Part shown: positions 37,188 through 47,530 of the stretch, piece after piece | Layout: each line of letters opens with the position of its first letter | Position numbering within the stretch: position 1 is the first letter of the stretch | IMG/VR virus record: IMGVR_UViG_3300025138_000019 | From: an uncultured virus (IMG/VR IMGVR_UViG_3300025138_000019) | Taxonomy: Duplodnaviria > Heunggongvirae > Uroviricota > Caudoviricetes | Reading direction: 5' to 3' (one strand) | DNA: 64,000 bases | Notes under the pieces: model-generated | Databases searched by the model: none | Seen by the model: the letters and a program-made list of their open reading frames with translations, nothing else | What the model was told of the DNA's origin: nothing | Translations under genes and position numbers: made by a program

Positions 37188-38737
37188 GAAGTATATTCCA
37201 CATTAAAGATGACATCCGTTGCAGATGAGTTACTGGATGTAATGATACTCAAGGTTGCCCCCGCAGCCACTGAAGTATTCCCCAATGAACTCTGATCACC
37301 ACTAGTGGTACTAACACTAGCAGCTTTAATTGTGGCGGCTGCATTTTTCAGAGTTGCTGTCACCGTACCAGAACCAGATTTAATAAAATATCCAGTAATA
37401 GTTCTTGCAGTTGAAACCAGTGGATCTATGGTATATGTTTTGTCTGCTGCTGTTTCTATCTGACCAGTATATGAATCTGTTCTCAATGAAGTCGATGTAG
37501 AGGTGCCGTCACTAAAAGTAACTCCACTTGCTCCGACTATAATCCCCTTTTCGAAAGTAACACCCTTCCCAATATTATCTTGTAAACGAAGTTGACCTAC
37601 ATTGGTTTGATTCTCGACGGTGATTCCACCGTTCGCAGGGACAATGATAAGATTTTTATTCCATAAATTAGTTCCACCAAGACCAGTAACAGCTTGTGAA
37701 AGGTTGGGAATTATTGTGATGTACATTGTATCACCAAGTGATGGTGACGTATCAACTTGAAATCCAGTCATATTGGTAAGGGTAAGAACATTGCTACTAA
37801 AAGCGAGGTTGTATGCGGTGATGTCACTAAAAGCAACACCAGCAAACATGAATTCGGTTCCTGCATCATTCTGGAACTGAATTACACCACCATTGGCTGC
37901 CATAAGCTCCATGATTGTAGCGACATCATTTCCGTTTAGATCTGTATCAAAGATATTAACACTATCAATTGCACCACCAAGATTACTCACGATTGTAGCT
38001 TGACCCTGAGCGGTAGGCGCAGCACCGAATGTAGTTGAGGTTACGATATACTTAAGACCACCTGGTCCTCTGGAGGCCGTATCCTGTGTTGTGCCATCCC
38101 CAAATGCCAGATTATTAACACCACGAATATTAGAAGCAGAAATACCAGCAGATCCAGCGAGGATGATATCTTGTCCACTTGCGACGACAATATCTTTACC
38201 TACAGATAGAGTTACTCCTGCGGAAACACCAGTAGAGTTTATTTCTAGTCTTTTAGCTAAGCCGGCATTGAAGACAATCTCCCCTTGAGGATCATCAACC
38301 ACAAGAAAAGTTGAGTTGCCTCCGTCTTCGGGGTCACCTATTGATATTTTATTATCAGATTCAAATTTAATTGTTGGCTCATCCCCACCAACTTGAATAC
38401 CATTAGCACTTCCGAAGATGAGATTGTTGGAAAGATCGAGGTCACCGGAAGTGATCTTCACGCCGCCACCAAAAGTTGCACCACCATCAGAGGAAATTCC
38501 TGCAACATGAATATGTGCAGTGTTATCAATACAAAGTGTTTGACCAGAGATAGTTAAACCGGGATAACATAAATCAATATCGCCCGTAGTCCCACCAATA
38601 GAGCCAATGAGCTGCTCACCTGTATGTCCGTGAAATTCTTTATCCCAAGCATAACCATTGTACTTCCATTGTACATTTCCAATGGCGTACTTTTGTCCTA
38701 TACTTGGTGTTCCGGGAAAACTAGTTAAACTTGGCAT
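37184..38737 (-). CDS. putative tail fibre / virion fibre protein
   Basis: N-terminal FPGTPSIGQKY...WKYNGYAW module; FGDGTTQ/FSDGTS fibre motifs; TAAATA upstream. Confidence 0.75.
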   Translation of the reverse strand: MPSLTSFPGTPSIGQKYAIGNVQWKYNGYAWDKEFHGHTGEQLIGSIGGTTGDIDLCYPGLTISGQTLCIDNTAHIHVAGISSDGGATFGGGVKITSGDLDLSNNLIFGSANGIQVGGDEPTIKFESDNKISIGDPEDGGNSTFLVVDDPQGEIVFNAGLAKRLEINSTGVSAGVTLSVGKDIVVASGQDIILAGSAGISASNIRGVNNLAFGDGTTQDTASRGPGGLKYIVTSTTFGAAPTAQGQATIVSNLGGAIDSVNIFDTDLNGNDVATIMELMAANGGVIQFQNDAGTEFMFAGVAFSDITAYNLAFSSNVLTLTNMTGFQVDTSPSLGDTMYITIIPNLSQAVTGLGGTNLWNKNLIIVPANGGITVENQTNVGQLRLQDNIGKGVTFEKGIIVGASGVTFSDGTSTSTSLRTDSYTGQIETAADKTYTIDPLVSTARTITGYFIKSGSGTVTATLKNAAATIKAASVSTTSGDQSSLGNTSVAAGATLSIITSSNSSATDVIFNVEYTS

Positions 38738-38761
38738 GACTACTCCACTTTATACTATTTA

Positions 38762-40189
38762 TCATATTTCTATCCATGATCCACCACTTCTAACATAGAC
38801 GGAGCCTGTATCGGTATTGACATGAAAATCCCCATCAACAAATTCAGACACAGAAAGTGCCTCTATTTCACTTTGGGTGTTATAAAAGGTTCTGGAGACT
38901 TTATTCAAACTAACTTCTACTCTAGTTCCCTCTCGCTGCACATCCGCGTTGATTTGCTTTCCGGTAAAGTCAAGATCCGTTATATCTTTTCGTAATCTTT
39001 TGCCATCTTTGAGAGCACCTAAGCCACCCCCGCCTCCATACATGGCGTTTATTAAATTACTAGCCAGCATGGGATCTGTTCCCGGCAAAGACAAAAGTTG
39101 TTCGAATGATTTTTGATCAAGGGATATTGTTTTTTTCTCTGCGTCATATGTAAGTGGATACTTTGCGTTGACAAAACCCACATCACCTACATCACCCTGA
39201 TCACCCTTTTCGCCTTGATCGCCCTGTTCACCATTTAGTCCTCGTTGTCCTTTGGGACCTACTGGACCTGGTTTTCCGGGAGATCCATTTTTTCCGGCGA
39301 TTCCTTTTGATCCATCTCGTCCATCTTTCCCATCAACTCCATCTTTCCCATCAACTCCATCGTTTCCGTCTTTACCGTCTTTACCTGCTCGCCCACCTTT
39401 TCCTTGTGGACCTTCCAAACCATCGATGCCGTCTTTGCCATCGCTTCCTCTATCACCGAGATCTCCCTTTTCACCCTGCTCACCCTGCTCTCCACGCTCT
39501 CCCTGCTCTCCGCGTTCACCTTGCTCACCTTGTCCACCCTGCTCACCTTGTACACCCTGCTCACCTTGTACACCCTGTTCACCACGCTCTCCGGGATTGC
39601 CCTTAGCGCCGCGTTGACCTCGTTTTCCTTCTCGTCCAATTGGACCACGTTCTCCAATTTCACCTTGTTGTCCCTCTGATCCAGTTTCCCCAACAGATCC
39701 ATCAGAACCTGCCAATTCAGAAATTATTTCATCTGGAGTCATTTCAATAACTGGAGTAAACAAACTTTCTATAAATTCAGTAGATCCCTTGAATAAGAAA
39801 ACAACTCCCTCTGAATCAACAAATTTTATTTCATCAGTTCCTTCATCTAGAGAAACGACATAATCTTCTTTTTCTAAAGGATATAATTTAAATCTTTGAT
39901 TCTCAATTAATTCTTCAGATAAATTCTTTGTTAGTCTAAATTCAACGTTTAAAGATTCAACAAAATCATCATCAACATGTAAGAAGATTTCTTTTAATTT
40001 GCTAGGTGACCCATCAAAACAAAAAACATCACCCTGTTCAGTTTTTACTTTAAATGTGTTGACAGAAAAACCACCGAGAGAGAATTGCTCACCACATTCC
40101 TCGTCGGTTGTTTCTACAATCAAACCGCCTGGCAGTAGCTCATTGAAAGTCGAAACAATTAAATATTTTTCCTTAAGCTTAAACATCAA
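38762..40189 (-). CDS. collagen-like fibre protein
   Basis: 60 uninterrupted Gly-X-Y triplets; C-terminal GGGG linker and [10 protein letters not shown]...W motif. Confidence 0.9.
   Translation of the reverse strand: MMFKLKEKYLIVSTFNELLPGGLIVETTDEECGEQFSLGGFSVNTFKVKTEQGDVFCFDGSPSKLKEIFLHVDDDFVESLNVEFRLTKNLSEELIENQRFKLYPLEKEDYVVSLDEGTDEIKFVDSEGVVFLFKGSTEFIESLFTPVIEMTPDEIISELAGSDGSVGETGSEGQQGEIGERGPIGREGKRGQRGAKGNPGERGEQGVQGEQGVQGEQGGQGEQGERGEQGERGEQGEQGEKGDLGDRGSDGKDGIDGLEGPQGKGGRAGKDGKDGNDGVDGKDGVDGKDGRDGSKGIAGKNGSPGKPGPVGPKGQRGLNGEQGDQGEKGDQGDVGDVGFVNAKYPLTYDAEKKTISLDQKSFEQLLSLPGTDPMLASNLINAMYGGGGGLGALKDGKRLRKDITDLDFTGKQINADVQREGTRVEVSLNKVSRTFYNTQSEIEALSVSEFVDGDFHVNTDTGSVYVRSGGSWIEI
39170..39709 (-). 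repeat. collagen Gly-X-Y repeat (9-nt periodicity)
   Basis: 540 nt from GSD to GFV, 60 triplets. Confidence 0.9.
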
Positions 40190-41449
40190 TTATCTACTAG
40201 AATTTCTCTTTTTCTTTTTGTATGTCTTTGGTTTAATTGAAGCTTTCTTTTCTTTCTCTTTGAGTTTATCTTGCAGTGATACCTGTGCGGTTTGTTGGTG
40301 ATGTTCAGATAAAATCTTTTCATAAGAATTAATATTTTGCATAACACGTTCTCTCTCACCAGAAGGAATCAAATTAGAATCTAGGAGTTTCTTACATGCA
40401 TGATACCCAACATGTGGTTTTCCTGCATAATATGCAGTAGCCCCAATCTCATCCAACAACCCATACTTATAGATGTCATCTTGAATAAACAAAATATCAT
40501 GTTCGGGATAATTAATTTCAAGTCCCATCTTTGCATAGAGATATGCTATCGCAGGCATATCCTTCTGTCTGTACATCCTAGAAAGAAGATATAGAGGTTC
40601 TGCACGAATAGGTCTGCAATGATATGCTTCTAAGAACTTAGCAGCAATATTCTCAAAGGAATCTTCTAAGATCCCATGAAGCATTGCAACTCGAAGAAGA
40701 GAATAGTAGACTTCTTCATTCCATCCACCTAGAGTTGCTCTCTTGTTATAAGCATCTCTTGATTTTTCCCACTGCTGAGAATCAAAATAACTCTGTCCAA
40801 GATAGAACCAATAGCGGTGATTTTCTGGTTCTTCTTCCAGAGCTTCTTTCAACACATCTGCGTCACGAGAATATTTTTCAATAGGAGTGATGCCAACATT
40901 TCTGTTACCTTCCGTGCGGGCATTGATTAAATACTTCCCTACAATTTTTTCAATGTGTGCATTTGGTTTACCTCTACACTCTGCATACTCATGTAAAACA
41001 CCAACGTATCTCCAATCAGTATCGAGATTAAAAATTTGGTTTCTCCACCAAACAAAATCACCTCTACCGATCTTTAAAGTATAACCGTCTGCTGTCATGT
41101 TTTTTGGATATTCAAATTCACCGTCGATGAAGTCATCTGCGTCAATCATCCACGCATACTTGGAACCACTTGCTTTTGCATTGTTGATTGCTTCACTTCT
41201 TGATCCCATCTTACCACCATGATCACCGAAGCCTTTCCAATCAGAAAGATGGACAGTTCCGGGGACACCCTCTTCGTCCATTACCTTTTTGATAAGCTCG
41301 GGGGTTCCATCATCAGAACCAGTGTCGGTAATATCATAACGATCAACATACTTTGCCATTGAACGAAGACACTCTTCTATGATGTGTGTCTCGTTCTTCA
41401 CAATCATACAAAGAGTCACACTCACTCCATTAGGTCTTTTACTCATCAT
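40190..41449 (-). CDS. GT2-type glycosyltransferase fused to TPR repeats
   Basis: LCMIVKNE...DTGSDDGT...IDADD...YVGVLHE; TPR-like RYWFYLGQSY, EEVYYSLL. Confidence 0.9.
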   Translation of the reverse strand: MMSKRPNGVSVTLCMIVKNETHIIEECLRSMAKYVDRYDITDTGSDDGTPELIKKVMDEEGVPGTVHLSDWKGFGDHGGKMGSRSEAINNAKASGSKYAWMIDADDFIDGEFEYPKNMTADGYTLKIGRGDFVWWRNQIFNLDTDWRYVGVLHEYAECRGKPNAHIEKIVGKYLINARTEGNRNVGITPIEKYSRDADVLKEALEEEPENHRYWFYLGQSYFDSQQWEKSRDAYNKRATLGGWNEEVYYSLLRVAMLHGILEDSFENIAAKFLEAYHCRPIRAEPLYLLSRMYRQKDMPAIAYLYAKMGLEINYPEHDILFIQDDIYKYGLLDEIGATAYYAGKPHVGYHACKKLLDSNLIPSGERERVMQNINSYEKILSEHHQQTAQVSLQDKLKEKEKKASIKPKTYKKKKRNSSR

Positions 41450-41462
41450 ACACTCCTAAATT

Positions 41463-41774
41463 CTATTCTTTAAAAAAGTCATCAACATGAACAGCTCTAT
41501 CATCTATGTAGTAAGTTGCAGCAAACTTAATACCAGCTCTTAATTGGTGATACTTAACACCCCATGTCCTGAGTTGATTTTTAGTCGCTTCATTCCAATC
41601 TATACCAGTCTCGGTTCCCCTTGCAGTTTCTATGTATATCGTGTGTCCAGAATCATATAAAGAATTAACTTTCTCGATTCTATTCACATAGGGTTCTGCT
41701 TTAGAATAATCACCATCTCTCTGTGTACACAGAGTTCCATCAAGATCGAAACAATAAATCATTTGTTTATCCAC
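41463..41774 (-). CDS. small HAD phosphatase (capsule-biosynthesis type)
   Basis: FDLDGTLC, TARG, YIDDRA. Confidence 0.85.
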   Translation of the reverse strand: MDKQMIYCFDLDGTLCTQRDGDYSKAEPYVNRIEKVNSLYDSGHTIYIETARGTETGIDWNEATKNQLRTWGVKYHQLRAGIKFAATYYIDDRAVHVDDFFKE

Positions 41775-42760
41775 TCTGCCAAAATATCAACACACTTCTC
41801 AGATGAATCGCCAGAGCCATACGGACAAACATAATCAGGCGAAACTTTAAAATCATTTATCAACTCATCAAAAAGAACAGACAGTTCACTCGGGGATGAG
41901 CAAATAAAACTAGTCTGTCCCACACTTTCTTTTCTTTCTGTAGACTTCCTACAGACTATGGCCTTTTTCCTCAAGAAAGAAGCCTCCTCTTGTATACCAC
42001 CGCTGTCTGTTATGATCAACTTGACTTTTCTTAAGACTGAAATCAAATCTTTATGGTTCATTGGATCTACTGGTGTAATGTTCTTAAACAAACTTGCATG
42101 TTTAATAACTTCTGGGTTCGGGTGTATAGGAAGAATAAATTCTATGTCTGAATATTTTTCTGCCAAAGAATCAATTATAGTAAAATAATCTTCTATGACT
42201 TCATGATTTTCTCTTCTATGGAGAGTCACAAGAACACAATCTTCGTGTGTTATATCATCCGGATTTTCAATATTATCTAAGACAGTATTACCAACAACTT
42301 CTACTTCACCAGCACAACACTCTACAAGTAAATTTGTTTTTGCGAGTTCCGTGGGACAAAGATGCAAAGAAGTTATTCTGCTAATCATCTGCCGATAAGC
42401 TTCTTCTGGAAAAGGATTGTCTATGTTTTTTGTTCTAAGACCAGCTTCCAAGTGTATTACTTTTTTCTTATTATTAAAAGCTGCAAGGGCAACTGCAAAA
42501 GCAGTTGCTGTATCACCCTGAACTAAAACATGACTGTATGGTTCTACAGTTAAATTTTTTGAAATTTCTGCAATCAAACAATTCAGTCTGTTTTCATTGT
42601 TGCAATTTATATGCAACACCTCATCAGATTCAATTCCATCCAAAAGAGAGTTGTGTTGTTGCACATACACTGACTTGAATGGTACAACTCCTTTGAGTTT
42701 TTCCATAAGAGGTTTTATCTTTAAATATTCTGGACGGGTTCCGTAACAAATTAGTATCAT
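41759..42760 (-). CDS. wecB: UDP-GlcNAc 2-epimerase, non-hydrolysing type
   Basis: GTRPE...VQGDT...HLEAGLRT...PFPEE...TLHRRE...TDSGGIQEEA. Confidence 0.9.
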   Translation of the reverse strand: MILICYGTRPEYLKIKPLMEKLKGVVPFKSVYVQQHNSLLDGIESDEVLHINCNNENRLNCLIAEISKNLTVEPYSHVLVQGDTATAFAVALAAFNNKKKVIHLEAGLRTKNIDNPFPEEAYRQMISRITSLHLCPTELAKTNLLVECCAGEVEVVGNTVLDNIENPDDITHEDCVLVTLHRRENHEVIEDYFTIIDSLAEKYSDIEFILPIHPNPEVIKHASLFKNITPVDPMNHKDLISVLRKVKLIITDSGGIQEEASFLRKKAIVCRKSTERKESVGQTSFICSSPSELSVLFDELINDFKVSPDYVCPYGSGDSSEKCVDILAEWINK

Positions 42761-43848
42761 TATTCTAACTCTTCTCTGAACTTAAGAATACAAGAACAAA
42801 TATAATCTATTTCAGTATTTTTTAACTCTGGATAAGAGGGAAAAATTACTATTCTATCACTTAGGTTTCTTGCGTTCTCACTAGGTCCTTGTATAGTTCT
42901 TAAATGTGATTGTTCATCGAAAGGATAAAACATAGGTCTAGTTTCAATTCCTTTTGATGTAAAGTATTTATCAGCATCTTCATAACACTCTAAACCGTTA
43001 AACTTAACACCGTTCATCCACATCGAGTGTTCTGTATTATCTTCGGTGGACTGCAACTCTATTCCATCTTTACTCTTTAAATTATTTTTGTATCTTTCAA
43101 AGACTCTCATCTTTTCATCATAAACAGAATCCATCGACTCTAATTGTCCAAGCAAAATAGCTGCGTGTACATTTGTCATTCTATAATTATATCCCAAATC
43201 ATCATGGATGTATCGTTTTACAGTTTGTCCTTGTCCTCTTATCTTATTAGCATAGTCATATAGTGCTTCGTCGTTAGTAAGAAATGCCCCACCCTCACCA
43301 GTGGTTATGTTTTTGTTACCAAAAAATGAAAGTGATGATGCAAGAGATTTGGATCCGGACTGGTGTCCTCTGTATTTACCAAAAAACCCCTCGCAGTTGT
43401 CTTCTATGATAGGGACTTCAAATTTTTCTTTTAGTTTTAGGACATCAACAATGTTACCTAAGTTATGAACAACCATTATAGCAGAATTTTTTTCTGGTTC
43501 TATAGAACTATAATCTGCATTCCATGTTTCGTTGCATAGATCTACAGCTTCTATTTCCCAACCAATATTATCATACAGTAAACAATTGTAAGCAGCAACG
43601 AAGCAAGAAGACGGGACATAAATTTTCTTAACATTTGGGTACTTTTTCTTTAGACTTTTGGTTACCAAATGTGTTGCGGATGTTCCATTGTTTGTAAGAA
43701 CACAATACTTTGTCTCTGTAACTTCAGCTAATTTTTCTGCTGCAATAAAAGTATACTTACCAAGAGAAGAAATCCAATTTGATTGAATTGCTTCATTTGC
43801 ATATTCTACACTTTTCTTTGGTAGATATGGTTGATATATTGGTATCAT
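42760..43848 (-). CDS. DegT/DnrJ/EryC1/StrS sugar aminotransferase (perosamine synthetase-like)
   Basis: NNGTSA, IIEDNCE, SFFGNKNITTGEGG, GYNYRMTN. Confidence 0.92.
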   Translation of the reverse strand: MIPIYQPYLPKKSVEYANEAIQSNWISSLGKYTFIAAEKLAEVTETKYCVLTNNGTSATHLVTKSLKKKYPNVKKIYVPSSCFVAAYNCLLYDNIGWEIEAVDLCNETWNADYSSIEPEKNSAIMVVHNLGNIVDVLKLKEKFEVPIIEDNCEGFFGKYRGHQSGSKSLASSLSFFGNKNITTGEGGAFLTNDEALYDYANKIRGQGQTVKRYIHDDLGYNYRMTNVHAAILLGQLESMDSVYDEKMRVFERYKNNLKSKDGIELQSTEDNTEHSMWMNGVKFNGLECYEDADKYFTSKGIETRPMFYPFDEQSHLRTIQGPSENARNLSDRIVIFPSYPELKNTEIDYICSCILKFREELE

Positions 43849-44267
43849 TTTCTTTCCATAATATAAGTATCTTCTGTCTCAGATTTTACCACAAAATTAT
43901 ATTTTTTGTATAAATTAATAGCAGATTTGTTTACCTTATCTACACTTAATAGAATACTACCGACATGGGAATTTGTCAATTGATTCATGATAATATTACC
44001 ATACCCCATACCAATATAATTTTCTTTCACACAAATACCTAACCAGATATTATCTTCTTCTCTATCTAGATGACCATACCCAACACATATATTGCAATCA
44101 TACAATAGAAAGGACATGACATGATTTTTAACAACGTCTAAACTTCTGGTTTCATAATATCTAAAATTAGATAATGAATCTCCAGAGTCGTTTAAGAAAT
44201 CTGTTAAAAGACTTTTACTTTTTTCGGATGAACTAAGATTGTGATATCTCATGAATTTCTGCCTCAC
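43845..44267 (-). CDS. GNAT N-acetyltransferase
   Basis: WLGICV...GMGYG...NKSAINLYKKYNF. Confidence 0.85.
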   Translation of the reverse strand: MRQKFMRYHNLSSSEKSKSLLTDFLNDSGDSLSNFRYYETRSLDVVKNHVMSFLLYDCNICVGYGHLDREEDNIWLGICVKENYIGMGYGNIIMNQLTNSHVGSILLSVDKVNKSAINLYKKYNFVVKSETEDTYIMERK

Positions 44268-45198
44268 ACCTATCTTTGTGATTGGAACTACCTATTCTGG
44301 TATGATTTTGGAATGTAACTGTATCATACCCACGTTCCTTACACCTTTTAGAAATATAATTACACGAGTCACCAAACGAATCAAATTTAAATTGACTCTC
44401 TTCTTGTACAGAGAGGATTTTTACATTACCCTTGAGATTTGTTCTTGATCCCACTCGTTCTATATTCTCGCCGTCAACTCCCATTCTTCCTTTATATGCA
44501 AGTATACTATTTCTTGGTTCTATCTTTACTCTCTCTGGGAAATATTTAAGAGCATAATTAAAGTATAACTCATATGTGGTTAGGAGAAGAGGTGCATCGG
44601 CATGTGAACCTTTATTTGGCCAAGTCCTATAGTCTTCCAGTGTTACATCTAAGTTGGCTTGCCAAAATGGTTTCTTATGATATTCTTCTACTCTATTGAA
44701 CATGTCCCGCAGTATATCTTTTTGAATCAACATGTGGTGTACGATACCAGAGTAATTTGTTTGTTTTTTCAGTCCCGGTATAAGTTTTTCCATGTGTTCG
44801 TAGTAAGGGTGATCACTAACACCGGCGGCAACATCATAGCTAACATCAAAAGAAACTTTATTGTCCTCATCAACAAATTGTTTTGGTGTTAAGAAAATTG
44901 TATCTGAATCCAAAACTAAAACATTGTCACACAAGTCAGGAATAACCAGTGCAGACGTTGTTTGAATCAGTCCACCAAAATAGTTGAAAGTTTTTCTATG
45001 AAAACCTATGGTGTTACCGACATCCTTTATTGTGAAAGGAAAAGTTTCTTCGGAAATCCATTCAGCATTATCAGTCATTTTATTCTTTGAAACTACAATT
45101 ATTCTTCGTACATCCTGAATATTTTCTTTTACTCCCTGTATACAGAGATCTATAGTTTCTTTATCTTTTTCATGGGAGGGAATAATAACATCAATCAT
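44233..45198 (-). CDS. GT-A fold glycosyltransferase-like protein
   Basis: IDVIIPSHEKD...LVLDSDTIFL DxD motif. Confidence 0.65.
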   Translation of the reverse strand: MIDVIIPSHEKDKETIDLCIQGVKENIQDVRRIIVVSKNKMTDNAEWISEETFPFTIKDVGNTIGFHRKTFNYFGGLIQTTSALVIPDLCDNVLVLDSDTIFLTPKQFVDEDNKVSFDVSYDVAAGVSDHPYYEHMEKLIPGLKKQTNYSGIVHHMLIQKDILRDMFNRVEEYHKKPFWQANLDVTLEDYRTWPNKGSHADAPLLLTTYELYFNYALKYFPERVKIEPRNSILAYKGRMGVDGENIERVGSRTNLKGNVKILSVQEESQFKFDSFGDSCNYISKRCKERGYDTVTFQNHTRIGSSNHKDRCEAEIHEISQS

Positions 45199-45852
45199 TT
45201 AACAATCTCCTAAAAGTTTCTCTATTATGTAAACATCATCCATCGTATCAATCTGAAAACTTCTTGATTGGGGCATTTCATACGTCCCAATTTTTCCACT
45301 ATATCTAAGACCACTCTTCAACAAATCATCTCTCTTTGTTATATAAAAGGCCCCATTCTCGACAAACATATCAGTCATGTCTTGTCTTCTTGGTCTTCTG
45401 TCTGTATCCCATAGAATTGGTTTGTTATCTAAACTCCACCTTGGAACCCAGTGTTCTCTGTAAACTGAAAATATAGAATCATAATCATTCGTATCCATCA
45501 ACTCCAAAGCAGCCGATAGATCAGTAGATTTTAGGAGAGGTGATGTGGGTTGTATAAAAACCAAAACATCAAAGTCAACATTCTCTGCAAAGTGCAATAA
45601 AGCTTCTTCACTAGAAGAAACATCTTTTGCATATTTTTCAGGTCTATCTAAAACTCTAGCTCCTGATTGTTCAGCAACCCATTTTATATTAGAACAATCT
45701 GTGCTAACCCATACCTCATCAACACCAGACCTTATTGCGGTTTGAATTGTATAGAACAGTAAAGGTCTATTCTTTATTGTCATTATATTTTTATTAGGGA
45801 TGCCTTTACTTCCACCCCTAGCCAAAATCACAGCAACAGTTTTATCATTCAT
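45199..45852 (-). CDS. neuA: CMP-nonulosonate (acylneuraminate) cytidylyltransferase
   Basis: ILARGGSKGIPNKN, VSTD, QPTSPL, RRQD, ENGAFY. Confidence 0.92.
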   Translation of the reverse strand: MNDKTVAVILARGGSKGIPNKNIMTIKNRPLLFYTIQTAIRSGVDEVWVSTDCSNIKWVAEQSGARVLDRPEKYAKDVSSSEEALLHFAENVDFDVLVFIQPTSPLLKSTDLSAALELMDTNDYDSIFSVYREHWVPRWSLDNKPILWDTDRRPRRQDMTDMFVENGAFYITKRDDLLKSGLRYSGKIGTYEMPQSRSFQIDTMDDVYIIEKLLGDC

Positions 45853-46673
45853 TTCCTAAGACTTTTTCTTTTGTCTAATTCAGAAGGATGTACTCTCCGA
45901 GCAGTCGGAACACCAATAGCAGAATCTATATCTCGGATACCTTTTACCAGTTTCATCAGACCAATTGGTTCAACTGAAGCCAAATGATCAGAACCCCACA
46001 TTGTTCGATCTAGTGTAATATGTCTCTCTACCCAAGTTGCACCCATTGCGACAGCAGCAAAAGTTGTTACTAAACCATACTCATGTCCACTGTAACCAAT
46101 TTGTTTTGCTGGGTATTTATTAGAAAGCCATTTGATGTAGTTTAGATTAAGCTCGTTAGTTGGCGATGGGTATGCCGAATGTGTATGGAAAATTATATCT
46201 GGTTTACCAATCTCAACAACAGCCTCAACTTCTTCCTCATCACTCATCCCAGTAGAAACCAAAAGAGTTTCACAATGTTCTCTGGTATACTTAACAAGAT
46301 CTAAATCTGTTATTAGGGCAGATGGAATCTTCATTGTGTTAGAAAACTTACTCATGAAGTCAACAGAGTCTTTGTCCCAAACAGAAGCAAACCACTGTAT
46401 GCCCTTCTGTTTACAATAAGAATCAATCTCTTTATACTCATCCTCACCAAATTCAGTTTTATACTTATACTCTAAGTATGTCATATCACCCCAAGGTGTG
46501 CTCTTGGGTTTATTTTTTTGATCTTCTGGAACACATACATCTGGATTTCTTTTTTGAAACTTGACATAATCACAACCAGAAACACAAGCAACGTCAATCA
46601 ATTGCTTTGCAATTTCAACATCCCCGTTATGGTTTATACCAATCTCACCTATAATATTAGTTTTCATTATCAT
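45849..46673 (-). CDS. neuB: nonulosonic acid synthase (NeuB family, no C-terminal SAF domain)
   Basis: EIGINHNGD, VKFQKR, STGMS, GYSGHE, ERHITLDR. Confidence 0.92.
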   Translation of the reverse strand: MIMKTNIIGEIGINHNGDVEIAKQLIDVACVSGCDYVKFQKRNPDVCVPEDQKNKPKSTPWGDMTYLEYKYKTEFGEDEYKEIDSYCKQKGIQWFASVWDKDSVDFMSKFSNTMKIPSALITDLDLVKYTREHCETLLVSTGMSDEEEVEAVVEIGKPDIIFHTHSAYPSPTNELNLNYIKWLSNKYPAKQIGYSGHEYGLVTTFAAVAMGATWVERHITLDRTMWGSDHLASVEPIGLMKLVKGIRDIDSAIGVPTARRVHPSELDKRKSLRK

Positions 46674-47530
46674 TCCTTATCATATGAGTTCTTACTTACA
46701 GAAGCTGGATTAGTAGCCCAATCCCAATTCTCTCTGACTGACTTGTTATAGATCCATGATGCAGTCAGTATATCATGATTTAGTCCTTGTTCCAAGAACA
46801 TTTCTCTCATTGCATTTATATCTTTGGGAAAACAAGTTCCACCATATCCTCTATCACCATCAGGACCTGGAACATGTGTGTGGGATTCTCCGATTCGGGA
46901 GTCGGTGTAAACTCCACTTAAAACATCCGCAAAGTTAATATTCTTAGCCATACAGTAATCATAAATCATATTAAAGTAAGATACCTTAAGTGCAAGAAAA
47001 CTATTAGCCGTATACTTGATCATCTCAGATGCGTCAGACGAGACTACAATGACTGGAGTTTTTGGCCAATGTGTCATGTAAAGTTTTGCAACTTCCGATG
47101 CAGGTTCTGTTTCTCCACCCACCACAGTTCGTTCTGCGTTAAGGAAGTCTTCATCAGCATTTGCTGCTGTTAAGAACTCAGGATTATGAACTACTTTAAT
47201 ATCGTCATGTATCTTTCTGATTGACTCAGTTGTTCCAACAGGGACTGTTGACTTGATGATATAGATTGGATCGAAAGCTCTCATCTTTATTACAGTGTTC
47301 TTAAAGAAATCAATGATATACTTTAGATCCACATCACCGCCGTTTTCATCTTTCATCGGAGTTGGCAGACAAACAAAAATAAAATCAGAACTCATAGTTT
47401 CATCAATTGTATGTGTTCGTCTAGAAAGCGTCTTGTCATAAACTCTAACTGGGTTGTAATTTTTAAATCCATTAGCAACAGCGCCGCCAACAAATCCATT
47501 TCCGATAACACCAATAGTTTTATTTTTCAT
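46670..47530 (-). CDS. UDP-glucose/GDP-mannose dehydrogenase family protein (short form)
   Basis: GNGFVG, CLPTP, KSTVPVGT, NPEFL, EMIKY, GYGGTCFPKD. Confidence 0.9.
   Translation of the reverse strand: MKNKTIGVIGNGFVGGAVANGFKNYNPVRVYDKTLSRRTHTIDETMSSDFIFVCLPTPMKDENGGDVDLKYIIDFFKNTVIKMRAFDPIYIIKSTVPVGTTESIRKIHDDIKVVHNPEFLTAANADEDFLNAERTVVGGETEPASEVAKLYMTHWPKTPVIVVSSDASEMIKYTANSFLALKVSYFNMIYDYCMAKNINFADVLSGVYTDSRIGESHTHVPGPDGDRGYGGTCFPKDINAMREMFLEQGLNHDILTASWIYNKSVRENWDWATNPASVSKNSYDKE

Noticed and set aside
39252..39702. Several Pro/Ser/Cys-rich or repetitive ORFs and tandem DNA repeats
   Set aside because: Alternative frames of the collagen Gly-X-Y region; not a CRISPR array or independent genes
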